A DNA stretch of 64,000 bases from assembly GCA_965223845.1 (NCBI GenBank), contig CBDCXR010000004.1, positions 7,456,001 through 7,520,000 of the forward strand, written 5' to 3'. The DNA is from Planctomycetota bacterium (GTDB lineage Bacteria > Planctomycetota > UBA8108 > SXIK01). Below are positions 1-10,738 of the stretch, piece after piece. How positions within the stretch are numbered: the first letter of the stretch is position 1; the number at the start of each line of letters is the position of its first letter. The translations under genes and the position numbers were made by a program. The notes under the pieces are model-generated. The model had not been told where the DNA came from. It saw only the letters and a list, made by a program, of their open reading frames with translations, and searched no databases.

Positions 1-766
1 CGGTAGCGGCGGCCGCGATGAAGCCCGACTCGCGTCCCATGAGGCGAATGACCGCGATGCCGTTCGGATAGCCGCGCGCTTCGGTGTGGCCGCACTCGAT
101 CGCGCTCACAGCTTCGGCGACGGCGGATTCGAAGCCGAAGGACTTCTGAATGACGGCGATGTCGTTGTCGATCGTCTTCGGGACGCCGATGACCGCGATC
201 TCGAGCCCTCGCCGAAGGATCTCCGTCGCGATGCGGTGCGCACCGAGCATCGTGCCGTCGCCCCCGATCGTGAAGAGAGCGCGAACTTCGCGGCGCGCGA
301 GCTCATCGACCATGACGGTCGCGTCGCGCCGCCCGCGCGAGGAGCGAAGGAAGGAGCCGCCACGCGTGTGGATTTGACTCACGCGCTCGGCGGTGAGCTC
401 GATCGGTTCGTGGCCGAACGCAGGATCGAGACCCTGGTAGCCGTAGCGGAAGCCGAGGATCCGGCGGACGCCGTAGGTCTTCTCGAGCTGGATCGTCAGA
501 CCGCGGATCACGTCGTTCAGACCCGGACAGAGACCGCCACACGTGACGATTCCGCAGGTGAGCTCGGCCGGGTCGAAGTAGAGCGCGTCGCGCGGCCCTG
601 CGAGCTCGAAATAGCGCGGGGCGTCTGGGGCGGCCGACTCGATGCGTGAACGCAGAGTCTCGACGGGGACACCCTCCCCGTCCGGGACGAACACGGAGTC
701 GGGAATCGGGGAAGGATACGTCGCGGGCGCGAAGGTCCGGATCGCGTGAAGCGCGTCGTGAGTCAT
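1..766 (-). CDS. pfkA: ATP-dependent 6-phosphofructokinase (3' end runs off the window)
   Basis: Manual translation from ATG at 766 gives FELAGPR..YFDP, GIVTCGGLCPGLNDVIR, IGGDGT, GVPKTIDND and LMGRESGFIA. GGDG indicates the ATP type. Absent from the ORF track because it is truncated. Confidence 0.93.
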   Translation of the reverse strand, partial: MTHDALHAIRTFAPATYPSPIPDSVFVPDGEGVPVETLRSRIESAAPDAPRYFELAGPRDALYFDPAELTCGIVTCGGLCPGLNDVIRGLTIQLEKTYGVRRILGFRYGYQGLDPAFGHEPIELTAERVSQIHTRGGSFLRSSRGRRDATVMVDELARREVRALFTIGGDGTMLGAHRIATEILRRGLEIAVIGVPKTIDNDIAVIQKSFGFESAVAEAVSAIECGHTEARGYPNGIAVIRLMGRESGFIAAAAT

Positions 767-788
767 CGCCGAAGGAGGCTCCCGCCGC

Positions 789-1991
789 TTAGAGATCCTC
801 GTCCTCCTCCGCGTCGCCGTCGGCCGGCTCGGGTGCGCTCTCGCCACCGCCCGGCTCCGCCTCGCCTTCGGGCGCTTCCTTGGTTCTCAGCTCGCCCCGC
901 TCGTCCAGACGGTCGAGCTCGGCTTTGGCCCACTCCTCGTCGATCTCGCCCGAGATCACCAAATTGTCGAGCGTGAACACGATCTTGTTGAACTGGAAGC
1001 GCACATAGCCGCCGCGGTCCTCGGGTAGGGGCGCCTCGACCAGTCCCTTCGATGCCATCTCGACGCGGCAGGTGTCGTCGCGCACACCGAACGCGATGCG
1101 CGTCGAATCGCCCCGGCGCGGAAACCAGTGACGCGGAGAGCGGCGATACTCCTTGATCGGCGTCAGTTGCTTACCCCGCCGCTGGCCGCCGGAGATCCGA
1201 GTGATCGTGTTGAAGAACTGGGTCTCGTAGCCCGATTTCTTCTTCGGGTCCCAGTTGACGATCGCAGAGAACTGCGACTGACCGCCGATCAGATTCGGCA
1301 GGCGAAAGCCGAACTCGAGCCACGTCTTTCCTTTGAGAGGAAAGCGCGAAGTCCACTGACCCCGACCCAGGCCGATCGCGGTGAGTCCGGGATAGAGCTT
1401 CTCGCCGTCCTTCTGGTCGCCGTGGAGGATGAACTTTCGATTCGAGCCTTGGATCATCTCGCTGTCGGAATCGTGGACTCCCTGGCCCTCGAATCCGCGC
1501 GTGATCTGCCCCTTATCGTCGAAAGTGATCGTAACGCGGCCATCCTCGATCTTCGCTTTCCCGCCGAAAAGCGAGCGCGCGTTCAGCTCGACCAGCTTCG
1601 CGAGTCGTGCCCGCGCGACGACCGTACGCGATGACGAGCCGCGCTTCTTCTTCGACCGCCGCTCGCGCTCTTCTCTCTTGGATCTTCGCTTCTTCTTCGA
1701 CGAATCACTCTCGTCTCGGTCCTGATCCTTCTCGCGGGCTTTTCGCTTCCGGCTCTTTTCGTCTCGTTCCTTCGACGTTCTCTTTTTCTTCTTTTTCTTC
1801 TTCTTCTCTTCGTCGTCACGCTCCCGCACGCGTTGAGAGCGTTCCTTCCTCTCGCCGTCCGTGTCGTCTCGGTCGAGTGAGCGGGACTCGGCAGGGAGGG
1901 ACTCCGCGGGAACGCAGAAAACGGTGGCGAGAAGACAGAGGAATCCGATCCGCGGAAAGAAGGAACCGACTCTGCGCTGAGCTTGAGGCAT
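789..1991 (-). CDS. Exported hypothetical protein: signal peptide, Lys/Arg-rich segment, predicted beta-rich domain, acidic tail
   Basis: 400-aa ORF with hydrophobic N-terminus (IGFLCLLATVFCVPA), poly-Lys run and a globular-looking C-terminal half; co-oriented with neighbours. Confidence 0.75.
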   Translation of the reverse strand: MPQAQRRVGSFFPRIGFLCLLATVFCVPAESLPAESRSLDRDDTDGERKERSQRVRERDDEEKKKKKKKKRTSKERDEKSRKRKAREKDQDRDESDSSKKKRRSKREERERRSKKKRGSSSRTVVARARLAKLVELNARSLFGGKAKIEDGRVTITFDDKGQITRGFEGQGVHDSDSEMIQGSNRKFILHGDQKDGEKLYPGLTAIGLGRGQWTSRFPLKGKTWLEFGFRLPNLIGGQSQFSAIVNWDPKKKSGYETQFFNTITRISGGQRRGKQLTPIKEYRRSPRHWFPRRGDSTRIAFGVRDDTCRVEMASKGLVEAPLPEDRGGYVRFQFNKIVFTLDNLVISGEIDEEWAKAELDRLDERGELRTKEAPEGEAEPGGGESAPEPADGDAEEDEDL

Positions 1992-2109
1992 CGGGGAGAA
2001 CCTAGTCTGAACGGCTGGAAGGAGGTCCCAGATCGCGGCGGACCGCCGGCCTCCGAGTCTATCAAGGAGGGCGGATGCGGTTCAGCGGTTTTCCGGTCCG
2101 GAGGGTCCG

Positions 2110-3543
2110 CTATTCGCTGAGACGTCCGAGCGCATCGGCGATCAGCTCGGTCTCGCCCGGAAGGACCGTCCGGAAGTCGAGCTGAAACGCGTCGGCTTGA
2201 ATGCGTCCGAACACCGGCGGTCTCCCCGTGCGCAGCGCCTTCGCGATCGCAGCCGGCGCGAGGCGCGGGTGGTGAAGCGCGAGCGCCCAGCTCGGAATCT
2301 CCTGATCGGGGAGCGCCCCGCTCCCTGCTTGCGCCGCGGAGGCGACGAGCTCGGTCCGCCACTCCGGAGCGCGCGCGGCGATGAGTTTCGCGCACCCTTC
2401 TGCCCGTCTCTTCACGGCGTCCGCGGACTGCATGACGCACCGGAGCGTCGGGTGGGTCGATTCGAGTCGATCGGGATCGCGCAGAGTGCGCAGCGTCGAT
2501 TCGAGCAATACGAGCGTCGCCTTGTCGACGCGCAGGGCGCGAAAGAGCGGGTGGCGCCGCGCCGCTTCCACCGCGTCCTTTCGCCCGACGATGATTCCCG
2601 CCTGCGGTCCGCCGAGAAGCTTGTCGCCGGAGAAGCAAACGGCGTCGGCACCAGCGAGTACGCGATCGCGGACGAGAGGCTCCGGCTCGAAGCCGTAGGG
2701 GCTCAAGTCGACAAAGCAGCCCGAGCCAAGATCGGAGACGACTGGGATCCCGCGGTCGCGTCCGAGCGCGACGAGCTCGGCGAGCTCGGGCGTGTGCGTG
2801 AACCCGCGGACCGCGTAGTTCGACGTATGGACTTGGAGGAGAAGTCCCGTTTCGGGACCGATCGCGTTCTCATAGTCGCGCACGTAGGTCCGATTGGTGG
2901 TACCCACCTCGACCAGGCGCGCGCCGCTCTCTCGCAGGATGTCCGGGATGCGGAACGATCCGCCGATTTCGACGAGCTCTCCGCGTGAGACGATCACTTC
3001 TCGCTCCCGAGCGAGGCTCGCGAGAAGAAGGAGCGTAGCCGCGGCGTTGTTGTTGACGACAGTCGCCGCCTCCGCGCCGGTCAGTTCACCGAGGAGCCCC
3101 GCGAGGGAGGACTCCCGGCGGTTGCGTTCACCGGTCTCGCGATCGACCTCGACGACGGTGTACCCCCGGAGCGAAGCCGCGAGCGACTTGATCGCCGTCG
3201 GTGCGAGGACGGCTCGCCCGAGGCCCGTGTGCAAGATGACTCCCGTCGCGTTCACCGCCCGCGGGTACTCCGATTCGAGCTCGGCGTCGAGGCGGCGGGC
3301 GAAGCTCCGCTCGAGCGACGAGGTCTCCAGCTCGCGCTCGAATTCCTCCGCCGAGAGTGCGTTCGCGACGACGCTCTGACGCAGCTCGTCGACGAGCCCG
3401 CGAAGAGCGGCGAGGATCGCGCTCGGTGGAGCGGTCGCCGCGGCCGACTCGACCGCTTCGAGCTGACGCAGGCGATCGATCTGCGGGAGCTGACGCAGTC
3501 GTGCGCGCTGGTCGTCGGAGAGGGGGGAATGCGGGCTCGTCAT
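2110..3543 (-). CDS. selA: L-seryl-tRNA(Sec) selenium transferase
   Basis: NATGVILHTGLGRA, VVNNNAAA, SRGELVEIGGSFRIPD, EVGTTNRT, FSGDKLLGGPQAG (PLP lysine), RALRVDK. Confidence 0.97.
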   Translation of the reverse strand: MTSPHSPLSDDQRARLRQLPQIDRLRQLEAVESAAATAPPSAILAALRGLVDELRQSVVANALSAEEFERELETSSLERSFARRLDAELESEYPRAVNATGVILHTGLGRAVLAPTAIKSLAASLRGYTVVEVDRETGERNRRESSLAGLLGELTGAEAATVVNNNAAATLLLLASLAREREVIVSRGELVEIGGSFRIPDILRESGARLVEVGTTNRTYVRDYENAIGPETGLLLQVHTSNYAVRGFTHTPELAELVALGRDRGIPVVSDLGSGCFVDLSPYGFEPEPLVRDRVLAGADAVCFSGDKLLGGPQAGIIVGRKDAVEAARRHPLFRALRVDKATLVLLESTLRTLRDPDRLESTHPTLRCVMQSADAVKRRAEGCAKLIAARAPEWRTELVASAAQAGSGALPDQEIPSWALALHHPRLAPAAIAKALRTGRPPVFGRIQADAFQLDFRTVLPGETELIADALGRLSE

Positions 3544-3724
3544 AGCGATGTTCTCGGTCGCTCGGCGGTTCCTTGTTCGACCGATCGCGAGATCCGAACA
3601 GATCGCCTAACGCAGGCGCCGAGGAGTACGCTTTCGCCGTCGATTATCGGGCCTCCTCCTGCGCGATGCTCGCCCCGGGCGCCCGAGCACCGGGAAATGC
3701 GCGAGCGGGCTCGGCGACCACGTG

Positions 3725-6700
3725 CTAGGGGTGGGGTCCGAGGAGATCTGCGCCGAGCGTGCCGTCGAGCGAAGTTAGGTACTCGGGACTGCTCACGCGC
3801 GTGAGCTCGCGGCGCGCCAGCGCGAGGCGTTCGTCGATGTCGACACCGACGGGTCGCTCTTCTTCTCGCATCCCCGCCTCGCCTTCGAACCGTTCCAATC
3901 GATGGACGTGACGCGTCCAAAGATCGATGTCACGCGCCTGCTTCGTTTCGAGCCGGCGGCGGTACCAGTCGCTCTCCTTCAGTGCCGAGAGGGTAAACAG
4001 CGCACGGATTTCGGGATGGCGGACGTCGCGTCCGTTCGAATCGCCGTGGGCCATGATCTCGAGAAGCGCGCGGAGCGGAGGACAAGCGTCGTCCACCGTT
4101 CCATCGTCGAAGTGCCGCTGCGCGACTCGCTGATGGGCTTCGGCGATGTGGAGGACGCCGTCGGCGTAGTCTTCTTCGTTCTGGAGCTCCGGGCGGAGAA
4201 TCGAGTCGTCGAAAACTCGACTCGGGTGATCGAAGACGCGACCGAGGTACGCGCGCACGAACCGCGAAGTGATTCGGTAGCCCAGGCGACTCGCCGGGAT
4301 GGTTCGTCCATTCTTATCGGTGATATCGGGAACGGGCGCGAGGTACTCGTTCTCGATGAGATTCGCGGGATCGCGCTCCTCGGGACTGAGTCGACACCAC
4401 AGCTCGGGGATGAGGAAGCTGACGTCGTGACCGAACGGGACGTTCCCGACGTAGCCCGCCGGAGTCGAGAATCCGTGGAGTCCGGTGAGGAGGTAGCTCA
4501 CGAGCGCGTTGTTGAGATCCGCCATCGGCCGGAGCGCGTTGAAGGGCCCCTTCGTCAGCGCCCCTTCGCTTCCCGCTCCCGTCGTGGAAGGGCTCTTTCC
4601 CGTGAGGCTCGCGATGAAGTCCATGAAGAGCTCGGGCAGCTCTTGGTAGTGGAGCGGGTTGTAGACGGAGAGACCGCGGATTCCGTTCTCTCGATCCGGT
4701 GCATTGTTCCGCCGCCCGAAGAGAACGGCGTTCACCGGCGTCGGTACGGACCGGTCGCCCGGGGCGGCGCGCCGCAGTTGTTGACCGAACTCCGCGACGT
4801 AGCGCGGGAAGGAGTCGGCGAGGTCCGGGCGGAGCTGGAGGTAGCGCGGGTTCTTCGATCGCTTGCCGTTGATGACCCGCGGGTTTGCGGAGCAGACGAC
4901 GAACGCCGATCGGTCGTCCACCGCCCCGCGAAGGAACTCCCGCATCGGCGGCGTAAACTGCTCGAGATCGACGACTCGCTCGACCATCCGCTCGATGTCC
5001 TCGAGCGGAAGCGGCTGAAAGTTCGAGAGAAAGTTATCCCGGGCGGTCAGGTCCCGCTCGGTTTGTTTGTCGAGGCCCCGATGAATCGCGTCGTCCGGGC
5101 GCTGAAACAATCGGCGCTCGCAATTCGTAAGGAGCTTGACGGAATCCGCCGACGCGGCCTCGCCGAGGTGGGAGAGTGCGGAGGCCGGAACGACGACGCT
5201 CGCGGTGATGTCGTCCTCGAGTTGGATCTTCGCCGCCGGGAGGAAGTCCTGCCTCAACTTGAAGGTGCGCCAGGCCGTGCTCGCCGACGAGCCGACGCGG
5301 AGGTACGACCCCACGAGCTTACGCGAGCCGAACTTGAGCTCGTGGCCGGGTGCGCCGTTCACCTCGTCGACGCTGAAACGATCCCGCCAGTCTCCCTCCC
5401 AACTCTCGTGATAGAAGCGCTTGATGATGAAGGCGAGCGCAAAGACGTGATCGGGGATCGTGCCGAGCCAATCGTTGTACGCCTGGTTGAAGTCTTTCGG
5501 CGACGGCGTGAGCATCTTGATCACGCTTCCTAGCGAACGCTCGGGATCGAGAAACGATCGACTCTTTACCGGCGTCTCGCCGTCGTAGTCAGCCCAGCGG
5601 TCGCCGTAGTTCCGCGCGATGATGTTTTCGAGAGCCGCGAAGTCCTCGTCCTGATCGGCGACGAAGATCGGACCGTAGAGCAAATAGCCGTCGAGCGCTT
5701 TGCTGATCTCGCTCTTCCCGCCGCCGCTCACCGTGCACGGCTTGTGGCAGAAAACTCCGTCGCCGACCGTACCGACAAGGCGCCAGCTCGGCGCGCCGGG
5801 ATGGCGCTCGATGTGGACCTTGTACCCCGACGGTGTCATGTAGACACGATCGGCGAGGAGCGGAAGTGAGCGCGGCTTCCCGTCTTTCTTCCACGTGACC
5901 GTCTGTCGGGGGAGGTCGAACACCGCGCGCTCGTTCACGAATACGAGCCGGTGATACTCGCGATCCACCGCGTAGCCGTCCTCGTGAACATCGATTCGAT
6001 CTGCGTAGTCCCTCGCGACGTCCTCGAATCCCCGCGAGTTGTACTTTCGGCTGTTGGCCTGGAATCGGTCGCCGAGGTTGTAGCTCGGAAAGACGAGGGC
6101 TCCACCCGCATGCTCCTCCTCGACGTTCCCGTAGAGATTGGCGGCGAAGTTGAGCTGTGTTTTGACTTCTTTCTTGCAGTAGCCGAAGTAGTTGTCGGAG
6201 ATCAGCGTCACCATCACGCCGTCCGACGTTCGGTAGGTGAGCTTGAACGGAACGCCGTCGTTGTAGCACTCGTCGTCGGTCTTCCAGCACATCCCGTCGC
6301 GGCGCTGGCTCTCGCTCGCGTCGTCCCAGTGCGGGAGTCCGACATCTCTCTTCCTCAGCGTCACGAGGTGGGGCGCGAGAATCACACATCCCGTGTGTCC
6401 GGTCCAGTGCTCGACGTCGAGTCCGGCATCGTTTTCGGGCAGGTACGGATCGCCGCCGTTGCCGAAGATGGACTCCACGAAGTCGAGGTTGCTGACGAGG
6501 GATGCGGGCGCGAAGAACCGCGTCTCCATCGTCTTTCTCGGCGTGAACCCGGGTACCTCGGGACACACGATCGGCCGGAGGAGGAGTGAGACGAAAACGC
6601 GCACGGGCGAGTCGCGTTCGCAGGTGAACGGCAGATCGAGAGCCTCCCCCGGCGGATGCGTGGCGTGATGAAAGAGCCGCGCGAACGTGATGGGCGGCAC

Positions 6701-7210
6701 GGTCTTCTTCGACGCCGGAATCGGAAGCTGTCCCGGCGCGTCCGGTCCTCCCGCGGCAACGTGAAACGTCCCCGCGGTCGTGCGTCGATCGTGAAGCGGG
6801 TTGTGGAGGACCCCGTTGCGAACGCGATGGGAGCTTAGAATCGCGCTCTTAAACTCGTCACCGTGTTCGGGAAGAGAAAGCTCGCGCGCCATCCCGGGGC
6901 GGTCTAGGATCAGAGTCTCCGACGGCGCGGGGACGCGGAGCGAGTCGCCGATCTCGGCCGAGCCGAAATGCACGCCGAGGAACTCTTCGATGCGCTCGTC
7001 GACGGGAGAGCGCTGCTCGCGGAGGAGTCGAGCCTGCTCGCGGTAGCGGGAGAGAAATCGCGCGGCGACGGGGTCGAGCTCGCTGGCACGGGGGGCGAGC
7101 TCCGGCCGGAGCGCGGCGAGTCGGAGCCAGATGTAGCGGCGGAGCTCATCGCGGTTCGCGGACGCGAGAGTGTCATGGGAGCGATCGGTCGCGGTGAGTT
7201 CGCGATTCAT
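3725..7210 (-). CDS. PPi-dependent phosphoenolpyruvate carboxykinase (PEP carboxytransphosphorylase)
   Basis: 1161 aa; GVLHNP..DRRTT.GTFH, DNYFGYCKKEVKTQ, EEEHAGGA, CHKPCTVSGGGKSEISK, SLTGKSPSTTGAGSEGALTKGPFNAL match the Entamoeba/Propionibacterium PPi-PEPCK family. Confidence 0.88.
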   Translation of the reverse strand: MNRELTATDRSHDTLASANRDELRRYIWLRLAALRPELAPRASELDPVAARFLSRYREQARLLREQRSPVDERIEEFLGVHFGSAEIGDSLRVPAPSETLILDRPGMARELSLPEHGDEFKSAILSSHRVRNGVLHNPLHDRRTTAGTFHVAAGGPDAPGQLPIPASKKTVPPITFARLFHHATHPPGEALDLPFTCERDSPVRVFVSLLLRPIVCPEVPGFTPRKTMETRFFAPASLVSNLDFVESIFGNGGDPYLPENDAGLDVEHWTGHTGCVILAPHLVTLRKRDVGLPHWDDASESQRRDGMCWKTDDECYNDGVPFKLTYRTSDGVMVTLISDNYFGYCKKEVKTQLNFAANLYGNVEEEHAGGALVFPSYNLGDRFQANSRKYNSRGFEDVARDYADRIDVHEDGYAVDREYHRLVFVNERAVFDLPRQTVTWKKDGKPRSLPLLADRVYMTPSGYKVHIERHPGAPSWRLVGTVGDGVFCHKPCTVSGGGKSEISKALDGYLLYGPIFVADQDEDFAALENIIARNYGDRWADYDGETPVKSRSFLDPERSLGSVIKMLTPSPKDFNQAYNDWLGTIPDHVFALAFIIKRFYHESWEGDWRDRFSVDEVNGAPGHELKFGSRKLVGSYLRVGSSASTAWRTFKLRQDFLPAAKIQLEDDITASVVVPASALSHLGEAASADSVKLLTNCERRLFQRPDDAIHRGLDKQTERDLTARDNFLSNFQPLPLEDIERMVERVVDLEQFTPPMREFLRGAVDDRSAFVVCSANPRVINGKRSKNPRYLQLRPDLADSFPRYVAEFGQQLRRAAPGDRSVPTPVNAVLFGRRNNAPDRENGIRGLSVYNPLHYQELPELFMDFIASLTGKSPSTTGAGSEGALTKGPFNALRPMADLNNALVSYLLTGLHGFSTPAGYVGNVPFGHDVSFLIPELWCRLSPEERDPANLIENEYLAPVPDITDKNGRTIPASRLGYRITSRFVRAYLGRVFDHPSRVFDDSILRPELQNEEDYADGVLHIAEAHQRVAQRHFDDGTVDDACPPLRALLEIMAHGDSNGRDVRHPEIRALFTLSALKESDWYRRRLETKQARDIDLWTRHVHRLERFEGEAGMREEERPVGVDIDERLALARRELTRVSSPEYLTSLDGTLGADLLGPHP

Positions 7211-7296
7211 GCGGGGTTCCTCGAAGGCGGTCGGGAAAAGCGGGCCGCCAGATTCTCGCGAACCCGACTCCGCCGCGCAACCGGTAGAGGACTCCG

Positions 7297-9519
7297 CTAC
7301 AGCATCGAGTGCGGGTCGACGTCGATGATGCGCTCGACCGAAGATCGGCGCGAACTTCGCCGAAACCGCGCGAGGAGCTCCTGCGTCGCCCGCCTCGACC
7401 CCGACTTGATCAGCACTTGGCGGCGGTGGCGCTTTTGCACTCGGGCGATCGGGGCGGGCACCGGGCCGAGGATCGCGCAGCCGAGCGGATCCGCGCGTAA
7501 CTCCTCGGCGGTTCGCCGTGCCTCGGCTTCGACCTTTTCGCGCTGCTCCCCCTGAAGGAGCACGCGTGCGAGATAGCCGAACGGCGGGTACTCGAATTGG
7601 CGGCGCTCCTCGAGCTCGCGGCGGTAGAACTCTTCGTCCTCTCCTCGCACTGCGGCGCGGATCGCGTAGTGCTCGGGGTGGAACGTCTGCACGACGACGC
7701 GCCCGGCTTTCTCGCCGCGCCCGGCGCGTCCTGCAACCTGCGTGATGAGCTGGAACGAACGTTCGGCCGCGCGAAAGTCGGGAAAGTGAAGCCCGGTGTC
7801 CGCGTTGATGATCCCGACGAGCGAAACGCCGGGAAAATCGTGGCCCTTCGCGACCATCTGCGTGCCGACGAGTATGTCAAACTCGCCCCGTGCGAAGGCG
7901 GCGATGGTCTCCTCCATCGCGAGGTGGCTCGCGATCGCGTCGCGGTCGAGGCGAGCGATCCGAGTCGTGTCGTAGCGACGCTCGAGCTCGGCGACCACCT
8001 TTTCTGTTCCGACACCCGAACGACGGACTCCCGGCATCTTGCAGTCGGGGCAGGCCGATTCGAGATCACGCGAGCGCCCGCAGTAGTGGCAGCGGAGTCG
8101 TCCCTCGCGGCGGTGAAACGTGAGCGATATGTCGCAGTCTTCGCACCGGGCGACGTAGCCGCAGCGCGGGCAGTGGATATACGTCGAGAATCCGCGGCGG
8201 TTGAGAAAGAGGAGGATCTGCTCGCGCCGGCGCAGTCGCTCGCGGATGAGTCGATCGAGCGCGTCTCCGATCAACCCCGTCCCGTTCGGTCGGTAGAAGT
8301 CTTCGTCGAGGGTCGCCGAGCTGATCACGGGAAGCGCGTGGGAGGTGACTCGCTCCGGCATCTTGAGGTGATGGTAGCGGCCGGTCATCGCGTTGTGCAT
8401 CGATTCGAGCGACGGAGTCGCCGAGCCGAGGACGACCGGAATGCCGAGCATGCTCGCGCGAACGACCGCCGCATCGCGTGCGTGGTAGCGCGGCGATGAT
8501 TCCTGCTTGTAGCTCGGCTCGTGCTCCTCGTCGACGACGATCAGTCCGAGGTCCGGAATCGGAGCGAATACGGCCGAGCGCGCGCCGATGACGAGGCGCG
8601 CGCGTCCCGCCTGGATCTCGTGCCAAAAGCGCGTTCGCTCACCGCCCGTCAGCATCGAATGGAGGACCGCGACTTCGTACTCGGGGAGGCCCTGTCGAAA
8701 TCGCTGCACGGTTTGCGGCGTGAGAGAAATCTCGGGAAGGAGGACGAGTCCGCGCCGACCGCCTTCGAGAACGTGCCGGAGTGCGCGCAAATAGACCTCG
8801 GTCTTGCCGCTCCCCGTCACGCCGTGAAGAAGAAAGGGCGCGAAGCGTTGCTCGTCGGCGGCGGCGTCGACCTCGGCGAGAGCGGCAGCCTGCTGCGTGT
8901 GGAGCTCTCCCGTCGATCGACTCTCGAGTGCGGCGAGATCGACCTCGACGCGGAGCGGCTCGACCGCGCGCTTCTCCTCCGTCGCCCAGCCGTTGTCGAC
9001 GAGCCATCGCACCGCCCCGGACTGCGCTTCGGCGCGTCCGAGGAGATCCTTGCGCGGAATCGGTCCGGAGACGGCGCTCAGCGCGCGGAGGAGCCGCGCG
9101 CGCGCCGGTGCCGTGCGCTCCCAGCGCTCGGCTTCGCTCGCGAGCTGCTCGGGGCGACGGGCGCGAGCGATCCACGTGACTTCGCGCGCCGATCGAGCGG
9201 CGCGGATCGACGGCGGCAAGGCCGCTTCGAGCACTTCGCCCCAACCGACCTGGTAGTACTCGGCGATCCAGCGAGTGAACTCGAGGAGGTGGTCGTCGAA
9301 GCGACACTCGGGGTGGAGAATCTTCCTGAGCGGCTTCAGTCGCTCGACCTCGGCCGATTCGGGAAAATCGACGCAGACCCCCGTGGTCGTTCTCCGGCCG
9401 AATGGGATCAGCACTCGGTGTCCACGTTCGAGCCGGCCGTCGAGATCGGCCGGCACCTCGTAGTGAAAGAGCTGCTGAAGGGGGACGTTCACCGCAACGG
9501 CGGCGATCGGTCGGACCAT
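7297..9519 (-). CDS. priA: Primosomal protein N' (replication restart helicase)
   Basis: LLHGVTGSGKTEVY, PEISLTPQ, GARSA, DEEHE, GSATPS, four CxxC pairs, GTQMVAKGHDFP, QVAGRAGR. Confidence 0.97.
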   Translation of the reverse strand: MVRPIAAVAVNVPLQQLFHYEVPADLDGRLERGHRVLIPFGRRTTTGVCVDFPESAEVERLKPLRKILHPECRFDDHLLEFTRWIAEYYQVGWGEVLEAALPPSIRAARSAREVTWIARARRPEQLASEAERWERTAPARARLLRALSAVSGPIPRKDLLGRAEAQSGAVRWLVDNGWATEEKRAVEPLRVEVDLAALESRSTGELHTQQAAALAEVDAAADEQRFAPFLLHGVTGSGKTEVYLRALRHVLEGGRRGLVLLPEISLTPQTVQRFRQGLPEYEVAVLHSMLTGGERTRFWHEIQAGRARLVIGARSAVFAPIPDLGLIVVDEEHEPSYKQESSPRYHARDAAVVRASMLGIPVVLGSATPSLESMHNAMTGRYHHLKMPERVTSHALPVISSATLDEDFYRPNGTGLIGDALDRLIRERLRRREQILLFLNRRGFSTYIHCPRCGYVARCEDCDISLTFHRREGRLRCHYCGRSRDLESACPDCKMPGVRRSGVGTEKVVAELERRYDTTRIARLDRDAIASHLAMEETIAAFARGEFDILVGTQMVAKGHDFPGVSLVGIINADTGLHFPDFRAAERSFQLITQVAGRAGRGEKAGRVVVQTFHPEHYAIRAAVRGEDEEFYRRELEERRQFEYPPFGYLARVLLQGEQREKVEAEARRTAEELRADPLGCAILGPVPAPIARVQKRHRRQVLIKSGSRRATQELLARFRRSSRRSSVERIIDVDPHSML

Positions 9520-9613
9520 ACGCGGCCGCTCGGTGGCTCGGGGACGCAGGCGGGACGGAGATTCGGTCTTCTCGAAACGGTTCCACGACGTCGTGTCGGC
9601 GCGAATCGGCCGC

Positions 9614-10738
9614 TTACGATGTCAGGAGATTCTCATACAGCGTTTCGTACTGAGAGACAATGCGCTTCTCGCTGTACTCCTCCTCGGCGCGCTTCCTCCC
9701 CGCTCGTCCCATCTCGCGGTGCCGCTCCTCGCTCTGAAGAAGCTCGACCGCGGCGGCGGCCATGCACGCGTAGTCGCCGACGTCGCAGAGGATCCCGGTC
9801 GCGCCGTTTGTGACGACCTCCGGGATCCCGCCGGTGTTCGTCGCGATGACGGGAACGCCGCAGGCCATCGCCTCGAGCGCCGCGAGGCCGAAGCTCTCGT
9901 ACTCGCTCGGAAGCAGAAAAAGATCGAGCTGTGCGAGCACCGATCCCGCGTCCGGTACCGCGCCGAGAAAGTGCACGCAGTCGTCGATCCCGAGCTCGGC
10001 GGCGAGATGCCGCGCCGGCTCAATCTCTGCGCCTTCGCCGACGAGAAGAAGCTGCGAGGGAATCCGCTTCTGAATGAGATGGAACGTGCGGACGACGTCG
10101 CCGATGCGCTTGACCGAACGAAAGTTCGACATGTGCCCGATGAGCCGATCCCCTTCGCGCGAGTACTTCTCCCGGTAGTTCTCCGATCGACGCGAAGGAT
10201 GAAACTTCTCCAGGTGGACGAAGTTGCCGATCTGCTGGATCGCCCGCCGCGGGCGAAACCGCGCCACGGTCTCGTCGGCGAGTGAGTTCGACACCGCCGT
10301 CACCGCGTCGCTCTCGTTGATACCGAGGCGGGTCATTTCGAAGAACGAGCTGTCGATTCCGATCAGAGTGATATCGGTCCCGTGGAGCGTCGTCACGATG
10401 CGCGGAGCGGCGGTCCCCAGGAGCTGCTTCGCGAGGTGCGCGGAGATCGCGTGCGGAATCGCGTAGTGAACGTGCACGACGTCGAGGCGCTCGGTGCGGC
10501 AAATCTCATCGATTTTGCACGCGAGGGCGAGAGTGTACGGCGGGTACGTGAAGAGGGGATAGTTGGTGACGTCGACCTTGTGGAACCAGGTATTCGGATG
10601 AACGGGCGGGAGCCGGAACGGAAGCGCGTGGCTGATGAAGTGGACTTCGTGCTCGCGCGCAGCGAGAGCGATGCCGAGCTCCGTCGCGACGACGCCGCTC
10701 CCGCCGTAGGTTGGATGGCAAACGATTCCGATCTTCAT
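9614..10738 (-). CDS. bshA: N-acetyl-alpha-D-glucosaminyl L-malate synthase
   Basis: MKIGIVCHPTYGGSGVVATELG, HVHYAIPHA, TTLHGTDI, SNFRSVKR, ESFGLAALEAMACG; ATG at 10738 overlaps the bshB1 stop (ATGA). Confidence 0.96.
   Translation of the reverse strand: MKIGIVCHPTYGGSGVVATELGIALAAREHEVHFISHALPFRLPPVHPNTWFHKVDVTNYPLFTYPPYTLALACKIDEICRTERLDVVHVHYAIPHAISAHLAKQLLGTAAPRIVTTLHGTDITLIGIDSSFFEMTRLGINESDAVTAVSNSLADETVARFRPRRAIQQIGNFVHLEKFHPSRRSENYREKYSREGDRLIGHMSNFRSVKRIGDVVRTFHLIQKRIPSQLLLVGEGAEIEPARHLAAELGIDDCVHFLGAVPDAGSVLAQLDLFLLPSEYESFGLAALEAMACGVPVIATNTGGIPEVVTNGATGILCDVGDYACMAAAAVELLQSEERHREMGRAGRKRAEEEYSEKRIVSQYETLYENLLTS

Noticed and set aside
2110-3543. tRNA-Sec or UGA-readthrough selenoproteins near selA
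   Set aside because: No tRNA cloverleaf and no in-frame UGA at a catalytic Cys position recognised.
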